A stretch of DNA of 32,000 nt from Promethearchaeota archaeon (GTDB taxonomy: Archaea > Asgardarchaeota > Lokiarchaeia > Sigyniarchaeales > SOKP01), in the NCBI GenBank assembly GCA_030606485.1, contig JAUWGH010000008.1, positions 180,001 to 212,000 on the forward strand, given 5' to 3'. Shown one piece after another: positions 1-9,703 of the stretch (its first letter is position 1; every line of letters starts with the position of its first letter). A program made the translations under genes and the position numbers. The notes beneath the pieces were generated by a model that saw nothing but the letters and a program-made list of their open reading frames with translations, was not told where the DNA came from and made no database searches.

Positions 1-135
1 CTTCTTTTGATTCATTTTTTCGGTAGTTAAACCAATTACCAGCTTTTCTGAAACTTTAAGTGCAGTATTTATTAAATATTTATGTCCTTCATGTAAATGA
101 TCGAAACAACCACCCATTCCTACTAGTTTGAACAT
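1..135 (-). CDS. coaD: Phosphopantetheine adenylyltransferase, archaeal type (N-terminal 45 codons; runs off the window start)
   Basis: Not in the ORF track. Manual translation from ATG at 135 gives MFKLVGMGGCFDHLHEGHKYLINTALKVSEKLVIGLTTEKMNQKK, with the GGxFDxLHxGH (HxGH) nucleotidyltransferase motif and VIGLT strand typical of archaeal PPAT. Confidence 0.8.
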   Translation of the reverse strand, partial: MFKLVGMGGCFDHLHEGHKYLINTALKVSEKLVIGLTTEKMNQKK

Positions 136-147
136 ACTTTTTCAAAA

Positions 148-531
148 CTAAGATTTTTCAGTTTTTAATTTTACTGAGTAAATATCATTGATTTTCATTG
201 AGCCATCACATTTTGAGCATTTTCCTGCTACTTTAAAAACAAAATCCCCTTCTTTATAATCTTGAACTTTTGTATAATCACAAAGATCACATCGAAGTAC
301 ACATAGAGTTTGAATTAACGGTTCTTTGGGCCTTTTCTTAACATTTAGAAAAAAAGATGCTATGCACATTATAGAAACACCTATCCAGAATAGATAAGTC
401 ACCCCCAAGACATTTCCAAGGGCAAGTATTATTACTCCTATAATTACAAGAATAAAAGTTAAAATACTCTTTATAATTGATTTTTTACTTTTTTTCTTGT
501 TTAAAAAATCTTCATCTTCTTCTTCAATCAA
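148..531 (-). CDS. Small membrane protein with two TM helices and a C-terminal zinc ribbon
   Basis: 127 aa, TTG start. Two hydrophobic segments followed by CDLC...CSKC with GDFVFK between the Cys pairs. Ends 12 nt before the coaD start, so probably co-transcribed. Confidence 0.8.
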   Translation of the reverse strand: MIEEEDEDFLNKKKSKKSIIKSILTFILVIIGVIILALGNVLGVTYLFWIGVSIMCIASFFLNVKKRPKEPLIQTLCVLRCDLCDYTKVQDYKEGDFVFKVAGKCSKCDGSMKINDIYSVKLKTEKS

Positions 532-719
532 TGAGTTCCACTTATGTTCTAAATAAATTAATCAAAAAATCAAATTTTAACTACTAAATAATAATTAATA
601 ATGGAAAAAAATAAATCTTTAGATTATTTCTTCTAGAATAAAATGAAATATCAAAGTTTTTATTTTCGTTTTTTTTAAAAAATATAATTCTTAAGAGAAA
701 TAATAAAGTTTGATTTATT

Positions 720-1862
720 ATGATTTACCAGTTTGGCCAAACTCAAGGAACTGATCCGATTTCACTACTATTAAGTATGTTCTTTTATGTTATATTTATT
801 ATTTTTATGTTTTATGGAACCAAAATTCAGGCGTGGCGTGCCTCAAGGGAAATTGGAGTAGCTTTAGTTGATCTAAAAGCGTGGAATGATGAGGGAAAGA
901 GTCTTGTGTTAAAAAAGATGCAAAAATATAAAGACGAAAATTTATCTTCTAAAGATTTAAAAGTAAAAATTGAAGATATTATGACGTTTGTAACGATTTC
1001 ACCGACTAATTTGGATCCAGCTGGAATTATACCAAAATTGGACCATTTAATAAATGTTAGAGATGACCGATTCAAAGAGGAAATCAAGATCTTAGCCCCT
1101 AGTGCCGACTCTGTGACCGCTAGTAATCTTGAGAATCTCTTAGAGGCATCAATGGCTTTGGATTTCATTTATCGTCTTATTAGGCATTATTTGATCTTAG
1201 GAAAAAAAAGTAAAAGTATGTTGTTATTGATGCAGATTCAAATGCAATTATCATTAATTATGACAATGGCTAAGTCTTATTTACATGCAACTAGAGCATT
1301 TAAGGAAGGTAGTCCCATCGGGGATGCACTTGGACCATTAGTTGTAGCTAGTTTTATTCGAGATATTTCAAATAGAGATGATGTCGAAGCTATTGAGATA
1401 GCTAAGGATACAATCTATCAACAAGTAGAGTTTGAGGATAGAACAATTTTTTTAGTAAGAGCCAAAGGACCAGGTGGAACTGTCGGAAAACCCGGAGAAG
1501 CCATTAAAATATTAGTAGAAAAGCATAAAAACGAGATATCAAGGATTATTATGATTGATGCTGGTTTAAAATTAGAAGGTGATCGCACAGGTTCGCTTGC
1601 AATAGGTGTTGGTGCGGCTATTGGTGGGATTGGAGTTGAAAAATTTAAAATTGAGGAATCAACTTCTGGCGTGAAAATACCTATTGATGCTGTAATTTGT
1701 AGAGAAAGCTTAGAAGATGCAATAACAACAATGAAACGACCGATTACCCGTTCTGTTCCCAAAATAATTGAAAAAATTAAGCAAGCCATCAGATCAAGGA
1801 CAGAAAAAGGAACAAAAATAATTATTGCGGGAATTGGAAACACAATTGGTATAGGAATTTAA
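720..1862 (+). CDS. DUF1512-family membrane-anchored protein with a YyaC/GPR-like putative aspartic peptidase domain
   Basis: 380 aa. N-terminal TM (LLLSMFFYVIFIIFMFY), helical region with LDPAGIIPKLDHL, then GDALGPLV, KGPGGTVGKPGEA, IIMIDAGLKLEG and IIAGIGNTIGI motifs recognised as DUF1512. Confidence 0.85.
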   Translation: MIYQFGQTQGTDPISLLLSMFFYVIFIIFMFYGTKIQAWRASREIGVALVDLKAWNDEGKSLVLKKMQKYKDENLSSKDLKVKIEDIMTFVTISPTNLDPAGIIPKLDHLINVRDDRFKEEIKILAPSADSVTASNLENLLEASMALDFIYRLIRHYLILGKKSKSMLLLMQIQMQLSLIMTMAKSYLHATRAFKEGSPIGDALGPLVVASFIRDISNRDDVEAIEIAKDTIYQQVEFEDRTIFLVRAKGPGGTVGKPGEAIKILVEKHKNEISRIIMIDAGLKLEGDRTGSLAIGVGAAIGGIGVEKFKIEESTSGVKIPIDAVICRESLEDAITTMKRPITRSVPKIIEKIKQAIRSRTEKGTKIIIAGIGNTIGIGI

Positions 1863-1897
1863 AGGAAAAAAAAAATAAAATAAGAAAATTTTTAATT

Positions 1898-2302
1898 TTA
1901 ATAGAGATGTGTATCTGTAGCAACAACGCTATTTACCATTTCTTGGGCAGCTTTAGTTGCACGCATTACCTTTGCCATATTACCAACTAGCTTAAATTTC
2001 CCAGCCATTAATCCTTGGATCGGGTCAATTTTTTTAGTTAAAAGTAAAACCCAATTATCCCAGATACCTGACCATATGAATTCAGCTTTTGGCTCTTCTC
2101 CAGGTTCTAAAACTCTCCCACTACGACATTTTCCATGCCAAAGATCAACATATAACTTTATCTCATGATCGAGATTTCCAGCAGGCTCAGCTATGAAGAT
2201 GAAATCACCTTCCCACCAACTAGCTGCCTCTTCGTATGCTTTATTATCATTTAAATTCTTAACATATGCATCTACCCATTCTTTAGTTCCAAATAAAGGC
2301 AT
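1898..2302 (-). CDS. SCP2 sterol/lipid-binding domain protein
   Basis: 134 aa with FGTKEWV, WEGDFIF and the DPIQGLMAGKFKLVGNMAKVMR C-terminal signature of SCP2 domains. Confidence 0.9.
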   Translation of the reverse strand: MPLFGTKEWVDAYVKNLNDNKAYEEAASWWEGDFIFIAEPAGNLDHEIKLYVDLWHGKCRSGRVLEPGEEPKAEFIWSGIWDNWVLLLTKKIDPIQGLMAGKFKLVGNMAKVMRATKAAQEMVNSVVATDTHLY

Positions 2303-2548
2303 TTTATTTACTCATCTAATTTTTTTTAATTAATATGTTAAATGTTAGTAATAAAAAAAGTATTTTGTCTTTTAAATTTTTAAATATATTTGTTTTAAAA
2401 CAAATAGAACTAGTAATTATGTGTTATAATCTTAAATTAAATTTTTTCTTTAATCTCATAATAGATTAAAAAAAAATATTAAGATTGTTTTATTACAATT
2501 ATATGATTAAGAGAAAATATCAATTTTAATTATGGATTTGTTTTAACA

Positions 2549-5245
2549 ATGGTAACCGCTAATAAAAAAAAACAAATATATACTTTTAAAGAAGGTTCTA
2601 AAGAATTAAAGCTTCTTTTAGGAGGGAAAGGAGCAAACCTCGCTGAAATGACTAACTTAGGATTAAATATCCCTCCAGGCTTCACAATCTCAACTGAAGC
2701 GTGTTTAGAATATTTTGAGAATCCAAGAATTATTGATGATCTACGAGATGATATTTTAAAAAACATTAAATTGTTAGAAGAACAAACAGGAAAGAGTTTT
2801 GGAAGTAATAAAAATCCTTTATTGTTAAGTATAAGGAGCGGTGCGCCTATGTCGATGCCGGGTATGATGGATACTGTATTAAATCTTGGATTAAATAATA
2901 ATTCTGTGCTAGGTCTTGCAGTTACTACAGATAACCAGAGATTTGCTTATGATTCATACAGGAGATTTATACAAATGTTTGGAGATGTTGTTATGGGAAT
3001 TCATGCTGATAGATTTGAAAGAATTTTAGAGGGTTATAAAAGAAGAATAGGAAGACACGCACAAGATACTGACCTCACTGTAGTTGATCTTCAAAAACTT
3101 ATTAGTGATTATAAAGAACTTTATAAAGTTGAAATTGAAAATGATTTTCCTCAAGACCCTGATGAACAGTTGTTTCTATCAATAGAAGCAGTATTTAAAT
3201 CTTGGAATAATAAACGTGCAATTACATACAGAAGAATTAATAATATACCGAATTATGGAACAGCTGTTAATGTACAAGCGATGGTTTTTGGAAATAAAGG
3301 TATTAATTCAGCTACTGGAGTAGCATTTTCAAGGGATCCAGGAAATGGTGAAGACCATAAATTTGGAGAGTATTTAACTAATGCACAGGGAGAAGATGTT
3401 GTCGCAGGAATAAGAACTCCAAAAAAATTTGAAAATATGAAAGAAGAATTTCCTGAGATATATAAAAATCTGATTAAAACGATGGAGAATCTTGAAAAGC
3501 ATTATAGAGATATGCAAGATATCGAATTTACTATTGAAGATAAAATTTTATTCATTCTACAAACAAGAACTGGAAAAAGAACACCACTTGCAGCTGTAAA
3601 AATCGCAGTTGATCTATTCAAAGAAGGACTGATCTCAAAAGAAGAAGCAATAGGGAGAATCGATCCACAAGGTTTAGAAAATTTACTCTTTAAAAGTATT
3701 GATGAAAATTCTTATTTTCAGGTCTTGGCACATGGTATTGCTGCATCACCTGGAGCTGTATTCGGATTGGTAATTTTTGATGCAGATACTGCAGAAAAAT
3801 TAGTAAATGAAGACCATAAAGATGTTATTTTGGTAAGACCTCAAACCAAACCTGAGGATATTCATGGTCTTTATGCATCAAATGGTGTTTTAACTCAGTT
3901 TGGTGGTAAAACGTCTCATGCTGCTGTTGTGGCTCGTGGAATGGGAAAACCTGCCATTGTAGGTGCTTCTGAAGTCCATATTGATCTTGAGAATCGAGAA
4001 TTTACTGTTGGAGATGTTGTTATTAGAGAAGGTGAAGTGATTACAATTGATGGTACAAAAGGATTAGTGATAGCAGGAAAAGTTCCTTTAGTAGAGCCAG
4101 AGATTAGGGGAGAATTTAAAGAATTATTAGAAATGGCAAATGAAATAAAATTTCTTGGTGTTAAAGCAAATGCAGATACTCCTACTGACGCCAAAAAAGC
4201 TATAGAATTTGGTGCGGAGGGAATTGGTCTCTGTCGTACAGAACATATGTTTATGGCACAAGATAGATTACCTGTAGTCCAAAAGATGATTTTAGCTAGA
4301 AACCAAGAAGATAGACAAGATGCATTAAATAAATTACTTCCAATGCAAAGATCTGATTTCTATGAAATTTTTAAAGTTATGGAAGGAAAACCTGTTACGA
4401 TAAGATTACTTGATCCACCATTACATGAATTTCTTCCTGATTTAAATGAAATTCTACTAGAAAATATGACTTTTAAGATTACAAATAATTTAACACGTCA
4501 ATTACTCAACCTCACTCCATTAGATGAGGAAATTACAGAAAGAAATAAAATGGTCTCCTTAATTCGTTCAATTTCTGAATCAAATCCAATGATGGGTTTG
4601 AGAGGTTGTCGTTTAGGAATTACTTGGCCAGAAATTAATGAAATGCAAGTTAAAGCAATATTTCAAGCGGCATGCCAATTAAAAAAAGAAGGGATTGATG
4701 TTAAACCTGAAATCATGATTCCGTTAGTAGGAGTTGTAGAAGAGTTGCTTGAGGTTAAAACTCAGCTTCAAAAAGTGGCTGAAGAAATTTTAAAGGAAAA
4801 TAAAAGTGATCTTAAATATAAATTTGGAACAATGATTGAGGTTCCTCGTGCTGCATTAGTTGCCGGAGAGATTGCAAAACATTGTGAATTTTTTTCGTTT
4901 GGCACCAATGATTTGACACAAATGACGTTTGGCTATTCTCGTGATGATGCCGAAGGAAAATTCATACCGGTCTATTTAAGCAAGGGAATACTAAAAAAGA
5001 ATCCATTTGAAGTATTAGATAAAGATGGTGTAGGTAAATTGTTAAAAATGGCAGTAAAAGATGGGAAAACAATAAATCCTGATTTAGAATGCGGAATCTG
5101 TGGAGAACATGGTGGAGAACCATCATCTATCGAATTCTTTCACGAAATTGGGTTAGATTATGTCTCTTGTTCGCCTTATAGAATTCCTATTGCACGTGTT
5201 GCAGCAGCACAAGCACAATTAAAATTTCGAATGAAAAAATCTTAG
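2549..5245 (+). CDS. ppdK: Pyruvate, phosphate dikinase
   Basis: 898 aa with LLGGKGANLAEM, SIRSGAPMSMPGMMDTVLNLG, phospho-His motif GGKTSHAAVVARG, GIGLCRTEHMF, FSFGTNDLTQ and GICGEHGG. Confidence 0.97.
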   Translation: MVTANKKKQIYTFKEGSKELKLLLGGKGANLAEMTNLGLNIPPGFTISTEACLEYFENPRIIDDLRDDILKNIKLLEEQTGKSFGSNKNPLLLSIRSGAPMSMPGMMDTVLNLGLNNNSVLGLAVTTDNQRFAYDSYRRFIQMFGDVVMGIHADRFERILEGYKRRIGRHAQDTDLTVVDLQKLISDYKELYKVEIENDFPQDPDEQLFLSIEAVFKSWNNKRAITYRRINNIPNYGTAVNVQAMVFGNKGINSATGVAFSRDPGNGEDHKFGEYLTNAQGEDVVAGIRTPKKFENMKEEFPEIYKNLIKTMENLEKHYRDMQDIEFTIEDKILFILQTRTGKRTPLAAVKIAVDLFKEGLISKEEAIGRIDPQGLENLLFKSIDENSYFQVLAHGIAASPGAVFGLVIFDADTAEKLVNEDHKDVILVRPQTKPEDIHGLYASNGVLTQFGGKTSHAAVVARGMGKPAIVGASEVHIDLENREFTVGDVVIREGEVITIDGTKGLVIAGKVPLVEPEIRGEFKELLEMANEIKFLGVKANADTPTDAKKAIEFGAEGIGLCRTEHMFMAQDRLPVVQKMILARNQEDRQDALNKLLPMQRSDFYEIFKVMEGKPVTIRLLDPPLHEFLPDLNEILLENMTFKITNNLTRQLLNLTPLDEEITERNKMVSLIRSISESNPMMGLRGCRLGITWPEINEMQVKAIFQAACQLKKEGIDVKPEIMIPLVGVVEELLEVKTQLQKVAEEILKENKSDLKYKFGTMIEVPRAALVAGEIAKHCEFFSFGTNDLTQMTFGYSRDDAEGKFIPVYLSKGILKKNPFEVLDKDGVGKLLKMAVKDGKTINPDLECGICGEHGGEPSSIEFFHEIGLDYVSCSPYRIPIARVAAAQAQLKFRMKKS

Positions 5246-5302
5246 AAAATTTTCATTTTTCCTTTTAAATATCCAATTTCTATTGAAACCAGTGAAACTT
5301 TT

Positions 5303-5923
5303 TTGATTGATATCCTATTAATTGGAGATACTCACATTCCTAAAAGAGCTATGGGTTTATCTCCATTATTAATAAACGAACTTAACACCTTATCTGCGAA
5401 AAAACTTTTTGATTTTGTAATCTTTACTGGAGATGTAGTTAAATCACCAGAAACTATAAGATTTTTTAAAAATCTAGCCAAAAAAAAATTCTTGATAGTT
5501 CAAGGCAACATGGACTATTATTATGGAAATATTGAAGCTCCTTTATATGATTCTTTATCTATTACATTAAAAAACGACTCTTATTTAAACATAGGAATAA
5601 CACATGGAGCAGAAATTCATCCGCGCGGAGATAAGGATGAATTGATAAATATTGCTAAAGAAAATAACGTTAACCTTCTAATTTTTGCACATACACATCT
5701 TGCAGAAATCTTTCTTTCTTCAGATGGTATTCTATTACTTAATCCTGGGAGCTTTACGGGTGCTTGGAGTTTCGTAGCGTCTAGAACTCCATCCTTTATA
5801 ATTATTAAAGTAGATATTGAAGAAAGTGAAATTAAGGTTATTCTATATAAACTAAAAAATGATCGAATAATTAAGACGATTGAGAGTTTTTATTTTAAAA
5901 ATCAACAATTTTTAAAATCTTAA
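5303..5923 (+). CDS. Vps29-like metallophosphoesterase (YfcE/MJ0936/Vps29 family)
   Basis: 206 aa with GDTHIP, TGD, GNMD, THG, HTH and NPGSFTGA...PSF motifs of the calcineurin-like metallophosphoesterase fold. Confidence 0.85.
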   Translation: MIDILLIGDTHIPKRAMGLSPLLINELNTLSAKKLFDFVIFTGDVVKSPETIRFFKNLAKKKFLIVQGNMDYYYGNIEAPLYDSLSITLKNDSYLNIGITHGAEIHPRGDKDELINIAKENNVNLLIFAHTHLAEIFLSSDGILLLNPGSFTGAWSFVASRTPSFIIIKVDIEESEIKVILYKLKNDRIIKTIESFYFKNQQFLKS

Positions 5924-5969
5924 ATATTTATCAGTTTTTTTGACAGAATTGATGATAAAGGAAAAAAAA

Positions 5970-6386
5970 TCATTTTTCTGCAGGGATTTTATCTAAAACT
6001 AATATTTTCGAAATTTTTAGTAATTTTCCAAGATTTCTGCCACCTTTCTTAATTCTTAGCTTCCGTTTACCGAATCTATTTTTTTTAATCACCATATGCA
6101 CAGTTGAATTAGTCCCATTTGAAAAATACAGTAAATCTCCAGGATCTGACATTAATTCTAAGTCAAAATTTTCTAATCTACCTCTATCTATTTTATAATT
6201 TCCGTCTTTTGCAGTTAAATTTAACCAAAAATAATAATCTTCCTCAACTTGAAGCCCTAAATTAACAACTCCCTCAAAAGAATTAAGTAATTTAAAATTT
6301 TTCGGATTTTTTCTTTTATCTTCTATTATTGCGTTGATAACTCCACTAAATGTTATAAATAAATTATCTTTATCAGATTCTTCCAT
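5970..6386 (-). CDS. Divergent SCP2-like domain protein
   Basis: 138 aa. The pattern helix, strands (FWLNLTAKDGNYKIDRG), DLEL strand, short helices and KLRIK.G resembles an SCP2 fold. Has an AGGT Shine-Dalgarno. Confidence 0.6.
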   Translation of the reverse strand: MEESDKDNLFITFSGVINAIIEDKRKNPKNFKLLNSFEGVVNLGLQVEEDYYFWLNLTAKDGNYKIDRGRLENFDLELMSDPGDLLYFSNGTNSTVHMVIKKNRFGKRKLRIKKGGRNLGKLLKISKILVLDKIPAEK

Positions 6387-6524
6387 TTTTTTTTTACCTT
6401 AAATTTCTACATATCTTAGATTTTTCTAATTTTAATATAAAATCTATTAATCCTTAATTATCATAAATAATTAAATATTATTTGTTTTAAAATTAAATAA
6501 AATAAATTAAGAGGTAAAATAAAA

Positions 6525-7724
6525 ATGTGGTATTTTTTCAGTCCAAATATTGTCTACGGAGAAGACGCTCTTGATTTCTTAGAAAAAATTCCTGGAAACA
6601 AATGTTTTATTGTAACTGATGAAGGTCTTATTAAGCTAGGATATTTAGATATATTAACTGAAAAACTAACAAAATTTGGAAAGGAATTTAAAGTATTTAG
6701 CGAAGTAGAATCAGATCCTCATGAAGAAACTGTTTTAAAAGCGAGAGAACATTGTATCTTTTACAAACCAGACATCATAATTGGATTTGGAGGTGGTTCT
6801 CCAATAGATACTGCCAAAGCAGTTAGAGCTTTATATGAATTTCCAAATATGGTTGTTGATGATCTACATCCATTTAACGATGAGTTATTTAAATTAGGTC
6901 AAAAAACAAAAATGGTTGCAATTCCGACAACTAGTGGAACTGGTGCAGAAACTACATGGTCTGTGATTATTAATCGTTTTGAAGATAACTATTGGAGAAA
7001 ATTGGAACAAGCTCATAAGGCATTTATTCCTGATATCGCTATTGTAGATCCAATATTTACGGTTGGAATGCCCCCAAAATTAACGGCAGGAACTGGTTTA
7101 GACGCAGTTGCTCATTCAATTGAAGGATTATTTTCTGTATGGCGCAATGATTTCAGTGACGCAATGAGTTATAAAGCATTAGAACTTATTTTTGAATATC
7201 TTCCTAAAGCATATAAAAATCCAAATGATATGGAAGCAAGAGATAAAATGCATCAAGCAGCTACTATGGCAGGCTTAGCTTTTGGAAATTCGCAAGCCAA
7301 TCTAGGTCATAGCATGGGTCATGCATTGGGAGCAGTATATCATACTCATCATGGCTTAGCGGTTGGACTATTCTTGCCTTATAATATGCAATATTGTATA
7401 AATAACCCAGATGAAAATGATAAAACAGTTGCAATCTTGGCAAAAAATGCTAAATTATTGAACTTTGCAAAATGGGATACCAATGATAAAGAAGCTGCAA
7501 AGATTCTTGTCAAGAAAGTTAAGGAATTACAGAAATTAGTTGATTTTCCTCAATCTTTAAAAGAGTTAGATATTCCAAAAGAAGATTTAGATAAAAACTT
7601 AGATCATCTTGTAAGTTTGTGCTTTCAATCAAGTAGTTCTGTGATGTCTCCTAGATCAGCGGATGGAGAAGCATTTCGAAAATTATTTACATATGCCTAT
7701 GAAGGCAAAGATATTGATTTTTAA
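6525..7724 (+). CDS. Iron-containing alcohol dehydrogenase
   Basis: 399 aa with GFGGGSPIDTAK, IPTTSGTGAE, GLDAVAHSIEG, GHSMGHALG and HHGLAVG iron/NAD motifs. GAGGT SD at 6511-6515. Confidence 0.95.
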   Translation: MWYFFSPNIVYGEDALDFLEKIPGNKCFIVTDEGLIKLGYLDILTEKLTKFGKEFKVFSEVESDPHEETVLKAREHCIFYKPDIIIGFGGGSPIDTAKAVRALYEFPNMVVDDLHPFNDELFKLGQKTKMVAIPTTSGTGAETTWSVIINRFEDNYWRKLEQAHKAFIPDIAIVDPIFTVGMPPKLTAGTGLDAVAHSIEGLFSVWRNDFSDAMSYKALELIFEYLPKAYKNPNDMEARDKMHQAATMAGLAFGNSQANLGHSMGHALGAVYHTHHGLAVGLFLPYNMQYCINNPDENDKTVAILAKNAKLLNFAKWDTNDKEAAKILVKKVKELQKLVDFPQSLKELDIPKEDLDKNLDHLVSLCFQSSSSVMSPRSADGEAFRKLFTYAYEGKDIDF

Positions 7725-7746
7725 TTAAATATTTGGGTGTATTAAA

Positions 7747-9576
7747 ATAAAAGGATTTAGAGGTAAATTATTAAAGGTTAATCTTACAACAAAAGAAATT
7801 ACTACTGAACCACTAAATGAAGAAATTGCGAAGAATTTCTTAGGGGGTTCTGGCTATGCATGTCGTTATTTATATGATTTAGTTGATAAGGAAACAGATC
7901 CACTTTCAGCTGAAAGCGTTTTGATGATAATGACAGGGCCTCTTTTGGGGACATTCGCCCCTAATACTGGAAGATGGGTAATTTGTGCGAAATCACCTTA
8001 TACAGGAATTTGGGGTGAAGCAAATTGCGGTAGCTATTTCGGTGCTGAGGTTAAAAAAGCGGGATATGATGGCTTAATAATTACAGGTGCTTCAGATAAG
8101 CCTATATATCTTGAAATTAATGATGACAAGGTGGAAATAAAAGATGCGGATTTTTTATGGGGAAAGGGTACATATGAGACAACTGAGAAACTCAAAGAAA
8201 TTTTTGGAGATAAAAAAGCCTATGTTGCATGTATTGGACAAGCCGGTGAAAATCTTGTAAAATTTGCTAATGTAATATCCGAAGAAAGAGCAGCAGGAAG
8301 AACAGGAATGGGCACCATAATGGGTTCCAAGAAATTGAAAGCAATTATTGTCAAAGGAAGTAACACTAAAGTTGATGTTGCAAATCCTGATAAATTAAAA
8401 GAATCAATAAATATTACGAAAGAAAGTGTAAAAAATGCATTTTTATCAACTTTGTTGTATGATTTAGGAACATCCAGTAATGTAGATATGTATAATGCAC
8501 AAGGTGAATTACCAATTAAATATTGGACTCAATCGAATTGGGATGGTGCATACAACATATCTGGATCAACCATGGCTGAAAAGATGTTAGTAGGTCAAAG
8601 ATTTTGTCATTCTTGTGTTATTGGCTGTGGAAGAAAAATTGCTATTAAAGAAGGGAAATATCAAACAGAGGAATGTGAAGGTCCTGAGTATGAAACAATT
8701 GCCGGATATGGATCAATGCTTTTAAATGATAACTTAGAGTCAATTGCTCATTTAAATAAAAAATGCAATGATTATGGGATTGATACTATTAGTTCGAGTA
8801 GTGTGATTGCTTGTATATTTTATCATTATGATCTTGGTAATATTAAAGAAGAAGATCTTGACAGGTTAAAACCAGAATGGGGAAATATTGATGTTGGTGA
8901 AGAATTGCTGGATAAAATAGTATATAGGCAAGGAATTGGTGATCTTTTAGCTGATGGTTCAGATGCAATTGCAAAAAAATTTAATATTTCACAAGATGAA
9001 ATCGCTACAGTTAATGGATTAGAAGTAACATACCATGACCTTCGTACTTGTTATGGAATGGCAATAGCATATGGAATTGGACCAAGAGGTCCTTCCCACA
9101 ATGCATGCGACACCTATATGGTTTTATTGGGCCTTCCATTTCAAGAAATTGGCATTCAAAATATTGACAAATTCTTGGATAATAAAGAAATGGCTGAAGT
9201 ATGTGCTTTAAATCAAGATTATCGCGCACTCTATAGTTCAATGATAATGTGCTCTTTTTCCAATCCACTACCATCTCAAAACGCTGCTTTAATTGAAAAT
9301 ACAACCGGATTAACATTTGGAATTAAAGAAGTCAAATTATATGGTGAAAGAATTCTCAATATGAAAAGAATGTTCAATATTAAAATGGGATTAACATCAG
9401 CAGATGATAGATTGCCGGATATTTTACTGAGACCATTTGATGACGGCGGTGCAGCAGGTAGAACACCAAATTTTGAACAATTGAAGAAATTATTTTATGA
9501 GTATCGAGACTGGGATCCTAATACGGGAAAACCCAACGAATCTAAACTAAAATCATTAGACTTGGATAAATTGTAA
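7747..9576 (+). CDS. aor: Tungsten-containing aldehyde:ferredoxin oxidoreductase family protein (start extended upstream of the ORF-track call at 7921)
   Basis: The frame is open from 7729. From ATA at 7747 it reads (M)KGFRGKLLKVNLTTKEITTEPLNEEIAKNFLGGSGYACRYLYD...TDPLS, the canonical AOR N-terminus, giving 609 aa. Also has KSPYTG, AAGRTGMG, GSKKLKAI, C..C...C, EYET and DDRLP motifs. Confidence 0.92.
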   Translation: MKGFRGKLLKVNLTTKEITTEPLNEEIAKNFLGGSGYACRYLYDLVDKETDPLSAESVLMIMTGPLLGTFAPNTGRWVICAKSPYTGIWGEANCGSYFGAEVKKAGYDGLIITGASDKPIYLEINDDKVEIKDADFLWGKGTYETTEKLKEIFGDKKAYVACIGQAGENLVKFANVISEERAAGRTGMGTIMGSKKLKAIIVKGSNTKVDVANPDKLKESINITKESVKNAFLSTLLYDLGTSSNVDMYNAQGELPIKYWTQSNWDGAYNISGSTMAEKMLVGQRFCHSCVIGCGRKIAIKEGKYQTEECEGPEYETIAGYGSMLLNDNLESIAHLNKKCNDYGIDTISSSSVIACIFYHYDLGNIKEEDLDRLKPEWGNIDVGEELLDKIVYRQGIGDLLADGSDAIAKKFNISQDEIATVNGLEVTYHDLRTCYGMAIAYGIGPRGPSHNACDTYMVLLGLPFQEIGIQNIDKFLDNKEMAEVCALNQDYRALYSSMIMCSFSNPLPSQNAALIENTTGLTFGIKEVKLYGERILNMKRMFNIKMGLTSADDRLPDILLRPFDDGGAAGRTPNFEQLKKLFYEYRDWDPNTGKPNESKLKSLDLDKL

Positions 9577-9703
9577 TTTATAAAAAATTATATTTTTTTT
9601 CTTTTTCTCTTGAAAATAAGGTAATTAATTCAGAATTTATTAAGTGATTTTGAGAAGATTACAATCGAAAATATTTTAAAATGGAAGTTAAAAATACTTG
9701 AAA

